The position numbers and the translations under genes are program-made. A stretch of DNA of 64,000 bases from Caecitellus pseudoparvulus (taxonomy: Eukaryota > Protista > Bigyra: Bicosoecida). The notes under the pieces were generated by a model. That model worked only from the letters and a program-made list of their open reading frames with translations. It was not told the origin of the DNA and did not search any database. Numbering within the stretch: the stretch's first letter is position 1; each line of letters begins with the position of its first letter. This document shows, in pieces, positions 59,001 through 64,000 of this stretch. The DNA is taken from assembly GCA_965644315.1 (NCBI GenBank), contig CBFFRQ010000031.1, positions 496,001-560,000 on the forward strand, given 5' to 3'.

Positions 59001-62000
59001 TTCACCCGCACCCACGGACTGGCCACGTGAACTCGCGCTGGGCTGTGCCTGCACTGAGTGCCGCATGGCTGTTGCAAGGGCAATGGCGCCAAGGAGGGCC
59101 TTGAATGTTGAAAAATCAACTGGGACCGCGAGAGTTGCCGCGGTTTCGTCGCTGATGTCCACTGGCGCGGCAGCGGCCGCGCCGCTCTGCTTGTTCTTTG
59201 CACAATGCAGTGCGGCTGCAATGAACAGCGCCTGAAGCAGATCTGATGGCAAAGATGCTGGGCTATGTGAGTATGGGCCCCTTCCAGGCCCGCCACCACG
59301 GTGGCTTGATTGGGGTGGGGACAAGTCTCGGACGAGGCACTCAACTTGCTGCAGCTTGATTCCTTCGCTCTTTCTTGCTTGCACAGCAACTGCTGCACTG
59401 TCAGCTTGGACGCCGCTGTACCAAGAAAACACTTCGTAGACCTGGCTGGCACATGAATCTGACAACTCGATGCAGAGAGGAAGTAGGGCACCACTGGTGG
59501 GCTGAAACCCTGGAGACCGCAACCCCGCGTCGGCCCGCCTCCATCCATCCCTGGCAAGCAGCCTCGCAACAGACCCATCCATGTTCCGCTGAAGCAAGGC
59601 CCCCATCAGCGACCCAGGAATGCAAACCGACCTCCACGCGAAATCTTGTGCCCGCTCCACCGAGGTTTTCCATGAAAGGAACGCCCGAGCAAGCGCTCTG
59701 CCTCTCCAGTGCTGCAAGACTGACGCTGCCGTTGCCCGTCGATGCCTTCGGAGTTGTGTTCGCTGTCTCCAAGTTCGCAAGGCTTTCAATTCTTTGTTGC
59801 TTGCCCATCGGCGGAGGCACTCTGCAATCTGCCGCCTGCTTGACACCCGCGCAGCAACAAACGCCCTCCACTTCCGGAGCGCTGCTAGCTCTCTGTGGCG
59901 CTGAAAGGCCACCGTGACATTCCGCGCGATGCTTTTGTTAAATACGCGAGCCGAGGCATTGAACTGCCATCTTCGAAGGCAGCGTAGAACTCGAGCATGG
60001 CGTAGGGTGGACACCACAACCCCTGCAACTGCGCGCAGTCGCCTTCGCTCCCCAGCCACCTCACGCCACCTGCCAATCGCAAACGCCTGGTGCTTGCCTT
60101 GCCAGCGCTTCACAGCATGAGCCATGACGCCACGGGTTCGGGCCCTGCCCCTTGCCCAAGAACGCCACCTGCGTAGCGCAGCAAGCCCCGCTGAGAATCG
60201 AAAGGCTGCAGCACCCCGCTGCAGCAAAGCTCGGTTGCCTTTCCTTGTTGCACTCCACATCCTCCAAGCGCGAAGTGCCCTTGCAACCCCAGCGTTCTGC
60301 CAAGTGAAGACAAAAGAAAGGAGCCGGTTGCGGGCTGCAACTCGCGAACGACTGTGTACAGCCCACGTGCGAAGCGCTTTAGCGACCTTGGCGTGCTGCA
60401 GGACATTGACACAATGGGCCACGCGTTCGCGTGCACATCTCCGCAGGGCGGTGACATCGCGCCACCTGGATAGAAAATGCAGTGTGGCACGGGCCTGCCA
60501 TCGAACAATCACCTCGTGACCCAGGTGGCGAAGTGCCACACGCGACCTTGCCCAATCCTTCCAGCGCCGCAGCGCCTGATGCTCACGGGCGCTTGCCCAA
60601 GTCTTCAGACACGCCCTCAGCATAGCCTTGTGTTCCCTGGACTGGTGGGCATGGTGCCTCCACGTTCGCACGGTCTTGCCCATCTTTACGTGCTGCCAGC
60701 GCGCGAGGACTGCCTGCATCACACGCTTCTCACGGCTGGACTTCTGGGCTGCTTCTCTCCAAGCACGCACAGCAAACGCAACCTTATGGGCCCTCCACCT
60801 TGCTATGATCGCTTGCCTGCGTCGTCTCTCGAGAGCCTGAGCCTCAGCATTCAGCTTCCAGCCCCTAACGAAACGGCCGATTCTTTGGTTGAGCCATTGT
60901 CGAACACACCTTTCGAGCACGGCATGGTGCGCCTTTCGCTGGGCAACAAAGGCCTTGAGCTTGCCGAAACATCCCTGAAGCACTGTCTTCTCTACCATGC
61001 TGCCCTTGCTAGACAGCAACTGCAGGGCTCCTTTGACCAAGTCCCGCCGACGCCGCCGCTCGCACGCCCACTCCGACCACCGCCGCAGCCCACGACTCAC
61101 TGCCGCGCCCTGCCACACCTTCGCAGCTCGCAAGACAAGCTCCCGGTTCCGGCGCCGCTCGCGTGTCCACTCCGACCACCGCCGCAGCCCACGACTCACT
61201 GTCGCGCCCTGCCACACCTTCGCAGCTCGCAAGACAAGCTCCCGGTTCCGGCGCCGCTCGCGTGTCCACTCCGACCACCGCCGCAGCCCACGACTCACTG
61301 CCGCGCCCTGCCACACCTTCGCAGCTCGCAAGACAAGCTCCCGGTTCCGGCGCCGCTCGCGTGTCCACTCCGACCACCGCCGCAGCCCACGACTCACTGC
61401 CGCGCCCTGCCACACCTTCGCAGCTCGCAAGACAAGCTCCCGGTTCCGGCGCCGCTCGCGCGCCCACTCCGACCACCGCCGCAGCCCACGACTCACTGCC
61501 GCGCCCTGCCACACCTTCGCAGCTCGCAAGACAAGCTCCCGGTTCCGGCGCCGCTCGCGCGCCCACTCCGACCACCGCCGCAGCCCACGACACACTGTCG
61601 CACCCTGCCACCGGCGAAGGCACTGCTGCAAGGTGCGCTTGGTGCGCAATGACTGATACCACGTGTGTAATGCCGCCTTTGCCCTTTGGTGTGCCAAAGT
61701 TTGGCTTGCCATAGCAACCTTTGCGCGCCAAGACTCTCTCCGAATAGCATGATCTCTGAGAGCAGCGAATGCCACTTTGGCTTTGCATACCATCGCAGTG
61801 CGGGATACCTTGCCAAGCAACTCGAACACTTTCGCAATCCTTTCCTTTCTCTGATTGCTTGCGTGAGTTGATTCTCTCCATCGCCACACACACAAGCGAG
61901 CCCGTGAAGTACGCAACAGCTTGGCCGCTCGCTCACGAGCTGCAATCATGGCAGGATCAAGCCCTGCCGCACTGCGGAGCTGATTAAATGCCAATGCAAC

Positions 62001-64000
62001 ACACCGACTTTGCCATGTACGGATGGCTTTGTTCAGTGCAGTTTTGTGCACCACCCGTCGGGAACTGAACAGCACCCACTTGTGCAGGAAAACCCTGCAA
62101 CGATGCGCCTGTACCTGTGCTTGAACTTCCTCTGCACGTGCCTCCACGTGTCGCGAAATCTGTACTTCGCCCTTCCAAGCGTTCCAAGACCTTCGGAGCA
62201 GCTCACAGCTCCACATGCCGATCGCGCGCTGCAGCTGCCATCGCCTTCCCCGGCGCTGCCCTGACCATGCGTGCCACCTCCGCACAAGCCGAGCAGCAGC
62301 TGCGAATTCCCAGTGAAAATCTGCCTTTGCCACAGCACGTGCCTGGCGCTTCCTGCTTTGAGCCCAAACCCGCCACGTTTGAACGGCAAGCCTGGCCTTT
62401 TGCTCAGCATGCCACAGTTGCACCCGAGCAGTGATGATCCGGAGCTTGCGCTCAGCTGAGGTGCGCTTGCGCCATCGACGAAGTGCAGTCTTGCTCCTTG
62501 ACTGGTTCAAAGACAAGGACAGGCGCTGAGCACAGTGCGATCGCGTGGCAGTTGAAACTTTGGTGAGGTTCTTCAGAGCAAGAAAGGTTGCCGCCTGCAG
62601 CCGCCGCGCATTCCACTTCCGCAGGGCGTCGCATGCCAGCCGCTTGGAAAGACGACGCTGCGTGTGTTGCTGCCATGAGCGCAGAAGGGGGAGCATAAGG
62701 ACAGCTCTTACGTAGTGGTGATCAGCACGCCGGTCCATCAGGCGTGCCATCGCACAGGTTTGCCACGCATGCAAGGCGTCGCAGGCCAGGCGACGCCGAA
62801 CTCTGTCCTCCACGTCGCTTGCAGTCCCCTCAATTTGGGCCTTTCGCGCGATCCACCGAGACTTCCACTCGGACCAAGCTTTGTACATGGTCCTTGTGTT
62901 GGTTTGGCGAAGCGTGTAGCGATATGCCCCACGAAGCTTGGTCGTGTAGCGCCAAGCCTTGAACACTTCCCCCATGTGGACCTGCCGCCGCCTCTCCCTT
63001 GTCGCCGACTCCGCCTGCCGAATGGCAGTTGCGTTGGTTGCTGCGGCAACCCACACTCGAAAACAACGACGGAGTTGGTTCCGTTTCCCCATCTGCCGAA
63101 CCTGCCTTCCGTGTGCTGCCACGCGAGCCCACGTCGCGAAAATGGCGGACAGCAGCCGTGCGTCCCACAATGCTGTGGCGCGAAGGAGGCAAAACAAGCT
63201 GTGCACAGGGGCAAGCTTGGGCTGAATGCGATCCAACACAGCCACTCTCAGTCTGTTCACGCGCTGGGCCAAAGGAAGCGCACGGTGAGCCCTCCTCAGC
63301 GCCTCGGCCTGCGCCTCCTCAGCGAGCTGCGTCGCTCGCTGTATAGAAGCTGCCGCTGCGGAGCTGAGCGGGGCTGGGGGTGGGGATGCCTGCACAGTCC
63401 GGGCAATGGTAGATGCAGAAAGAGAAAACGAAGACCCCAAAGACGCAGCTGCAAAGCCTTCCTCTGCAACGCCACTGTCGCTATCAGAACTGTCACCATG
63501 CGGCGGCGTGCCAAGCCCAGCGCCCGTCGGCTCTCGCCCACGCCACGAATCTATCTGCCATGCGCGCACACTTGCACGGGTCGTGGATCCCCCCTGTACT
63601 ACCAAGGCGGGCGCCATCCACTTGGAGGGCCCAGTAGAAGCCACCTGTGGAGCGGCCTGCAGCTGGCCTGATCGCAGCGCGGCGGGCTCCAGGGCAACCC
63701 TCGGCCAAAATCCTAGCACTGGCGGCTGTGCAGTCGCACGCCGCAGGGATGCCACGGAGTCGCTGAGCCCGTGGTGGGACAGGTGCCGGTTAGGCAGGGC
63801 ATGGATGATCCACCTGCCCAAGGCGCGCACCTGCGCGGGGTGCACCAGGGGCGCAGGCTGAGCTGCGGCCAGAGCCTGCCGAAAGCCGCGCAGCGTCCTT
63901 GCCAAGAGAAGGCGGCGGTGAGATGACACCGCCAGCGACATTGCCAGGCGCTGCGCTTTGCGCGTGCGCGTGAAAGACGCCCAGGCTGTCCACACGATGT
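56097..64000 (-). CDS. Very large Sfi1-like (centrin-binding Trp-repeat) protein with a C-terminal EF-hand; 5' end outside the window
   Basis: >2600 open codons; dozens of A...L...(F/L)..W repeats; exact 33-aa repeats; AFRVLDRNDDGMLRGEEV EF-hand loop. Confidence 0.8.
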   Translation of the reverse strand, partial: IVWTAWASFTRTRKAQRLAMSLAVSSHRRLLLARTLRGFRQALAAAQPAPLVHPAQVRALGRWIIHALPNRHLSHHGLSDSVASLRRATAQPPVLGFWPRVALEPAALRSGQLQAAPQVASTGPSKWMAPALVVQGGSTTRASVRAWQIDSWRGREPTGAGLGTPPHGDSSDSDSGVAEEGFAAASLGSSFSLSASTIARTVQASPPPAPLSSAAAASIQRATQLAEEAQAEALRRAHRALPLAQRVNRLRVAVLDRIQPKLAPVHSLFCLLRATALWDARLLSAIFATWARVAAHGRQVRQMGKRNQLRRCFRVWVAAATNATAIRQAESATRERRRQVHMGEVFKAWRYTTKLRGAYRYTLRQTNTRTMYKAWSEWKSRWIARKAQIEGTASDVEDRVRRRLACDALHAWQTCAMARLMDRRADHHYVRAVLMLPLLRSWQQHTQRRLSKRLACDALRKWNARRLQAATFLALKNLTKVSTATRSHCAQRLSLSLNQSRSKTALRRWRKRTSAERKLRIITARVQLWHAEQKARLAVQTWRVWAQSRKRQARAVAKADFHWEFAAAARLVRRWHAWSGQRRGRRWQLQRAIGMWSCELLRRSWNAWKGEVQISRHVEARAEEVQAQVQAHRCRVFLHKWVLFSSRRVVHKTALNKAIRTWQSRCVALAFNQLRSAAGLDPAMIAARERAAKLLRTSRARLCVWRWRESTHASNQRKERIAKVFELLGKVSRTAMVCKAKVAFAALRDHAIRRESWRAKVAMASQTLAHQRAKAALHTWYQSLRTKRTLQQCLRRWQGATVCRGLRRWSEWARERRRNRELVLRAAKVWQGAAVSRGLRRWSEWARERRRNRELVLRAAKVWQGAAVSRGLRRWSEWTRERRRNRELVLRAAKVWQGAAVSRGLRRWSEWTRERRRNRELVLRAAKVWQGATVSRGLRRWSEWTRERRRNRELVLRAAKVWQGAAVSRGLRRWSEWACERRRRRDLVKGALQLLSSKGSMVEKTVLQGCFGKLKAFVAQRKAHHAVLERCVRQWLNQRIGRFVRGWKLNAEAQALERRRRQAIIARWRAHKVAFAVRAWREAAQKSSREKRVMQAVLARWQHVKMGKTVRTWRHHAHQSREHKAMLRACLKTWASAREHQALRRWKDWARSRVALRHLGHEVIVRWQARATLHFLSRWRDVTALRRCARERVAHCVNVLQHAKVAKALRTWAVHSRSRVAARNRLLSFVFTWQNAGVARALRAWRMWSATRKGNRALLQRGAAAFRFSAGLAALRRWRSWARGRARTRGVMAHAVKRWQGKHQAFAIGRWREVAGERRRLRAVAGVVVSTLRHARVLRCLRRWQFNASARVFNKSIARNVTVAFQRHRELAALRKWRAFVAARVSSRRQIAECLRRWASNKELKALRTWRQRTQLRRHRRATAASVLQHWRGRALARAFLSWKTSVERAQDFAWRSVCIPGSLMGALLQRNMDGSVARLLARDGWRRADAGLRSPGFQPTSGALLPLCIELSDSCASQVYEVFSWYSGVQADSAAVAVQARKSEGIKLQQVECLVRDLSPPQSSHRGGGPGRGPYSHSPASLPSDLLQALFIAAALHCAKNKQSGAAAAAPVDISDETAATLAVPVDFSTFKALLGAIALATAMRHSVQAQPSASSRGQSVGAGEHGPPTPQLLQSLERHVRNYIQGHVLSRAKPFNNAAPLPGSAPGTPVSEGSRAGLNESKRAPSGTARRSAEGTRGSSTMQPFCLTQDLEDMLQLCHLCAPGLRLVFEHFASAGHLVLDTLASRAAAGSAPAPLSRGGVEGGQNTSQPHTGRCAPDRSQQSAVGAPALPWSATPTALARWVGWKRGHMDLGAMRRAFRVLDRNDDGMLRGEEVVSFIRSMVGRPDGEGSNLDGVGAVSDRTWAALVLGMAEGDHTWRQRSRPGMHLSGRALTFSQFVDAIVLLVNRQMGVLLVPSRASTPAASTPSTPGSLRSTMGAHSRADRRAALWREELFLIDVCGACLGVLEPDAGPVSRLTLMDAATPSRQAPTPAPITSVVSASLSPAGAALSPGIASALLDAEVEAVLEGRDADAARRHVWAQYVAGRARHGPQAPLPSSEVAASLHLSAGSAPPRASLVQHPHVAAVSPLGPHSPSRRRQHTPRSAARPRREVHEALVEMDGSAIVLLPDAFIQSLRRLRVSQRELSRVDALRLYDWAFRTQCAEDAGCTQPGTPPCIGLRYAYFVAALAAVATHMKGRHPHRVNSLSRLHRMALLLARMHCPPPSTAAELVHAAPLGVNVHALCPPALLALNWFTVAPPPPSYSTTAPSEHRAAMRGAPGCVTTTNGTPVLGLQEWLAVSEAADLLPACPVPDLLLRAGAVQAQGGLGRNWQAVATAVGVPAPESSGPGAAGVSHTALAAALSPFARPADLVRTDSGVQPAPSTPVPQLQAAAGVVAQGHAQDVAQLHPHAAMQVAAAAPASLFLKLGGSGGGSVGDALQRSTAELRQEALLSRARAQSSPVTYALDLQQLPHEGGRASPELQRGGQSLALCTGGDGTEGRPGRGVVRQGSQAVGGARPAPGAVGRTRATDGWGRARAAMRVSFASKKSSGGKPRREKGIEAAAHHGVVTPWDEVHAAVTRRTPLRRGWK
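61052..61612 (-). repeat. Coding tandem repeat, 99-bp unit, ~5.6 near-identical copies
   Basis: The anchor ccgaccac recurs at 61073, 61172, 61271, 61370, 61469 and 61568. The unit encodes WQGAAVSRGLRRWSEW[AT]RERRRNRELVLRAAKV. Confidence 0.97.

Noticed and set aside
61052-61612. Possible CRISPR array
   Set aside because: The units are contiguous with no unique spacers, lie in frame within a CDS, have no cas genes nearby, and the genome is eukaryotic.

Overview
A gene-dense, GC-rich eukaryotic nuclear segment, not prokaryotic. About 28 protein-coding genes lie on both strands, interrupted by short GT-AG introns (mostly ~65-95 nt; donors GTGCGT/GTGAGT/GTAAGT, acceptors YGCAG/CACAG), with intergenic gaps of only 12-500 nt. 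Flagellar and centriolar genes (ODA docking-complex-like, Sfi1-like) and the absence of photosynthesis genes here suggest a flagellated, possibly heterotrophic protist; a stramenopile-like identity is inference only. Recognisable genes, in order: a HERC-like giant protein (truncated at the left edge), OPA3, TAP42/IGBP1, IGHMBP2, PGAP3, WDR12, DUF2817, BRX1, cystathionine gamma-lyase, a RING E3, an ABC-F ATPase, GINS1, PLEKHD1-like, an EF-hand protein, PARP, an Rh ammonium transporter, NADP-GDH, a Bin3 methyltransferase, ODA-DC-like, EAF, APC4-like, SCI1-like, ALDH10-like and Sfi1-like (truncated at the right edge). Four observations stand out. (1) A predicted single-pass surface protein joins an LPMO-like domain with a degenerate copper site, three Cys-rich repeats and a GH18 domain lacking its catalytic acid, making it a candidate double-pseudoenzyme chitin receptor. 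(2) The hexamer AATGCA recurs at about 14 gene ends and is used palindromically between convergent genes, making it a candidate non-canonical polyadenylation signal. (3) GDH and the Rh transporter form an adjacent ammonium gene pair. (4) A near-perfect 99-bp Sfi1 repeat expansion is present. Most long ORFs in the supplied track are antisense or alternate-frame shadows. All family calls come from motif recognition by eye; no searches were run.
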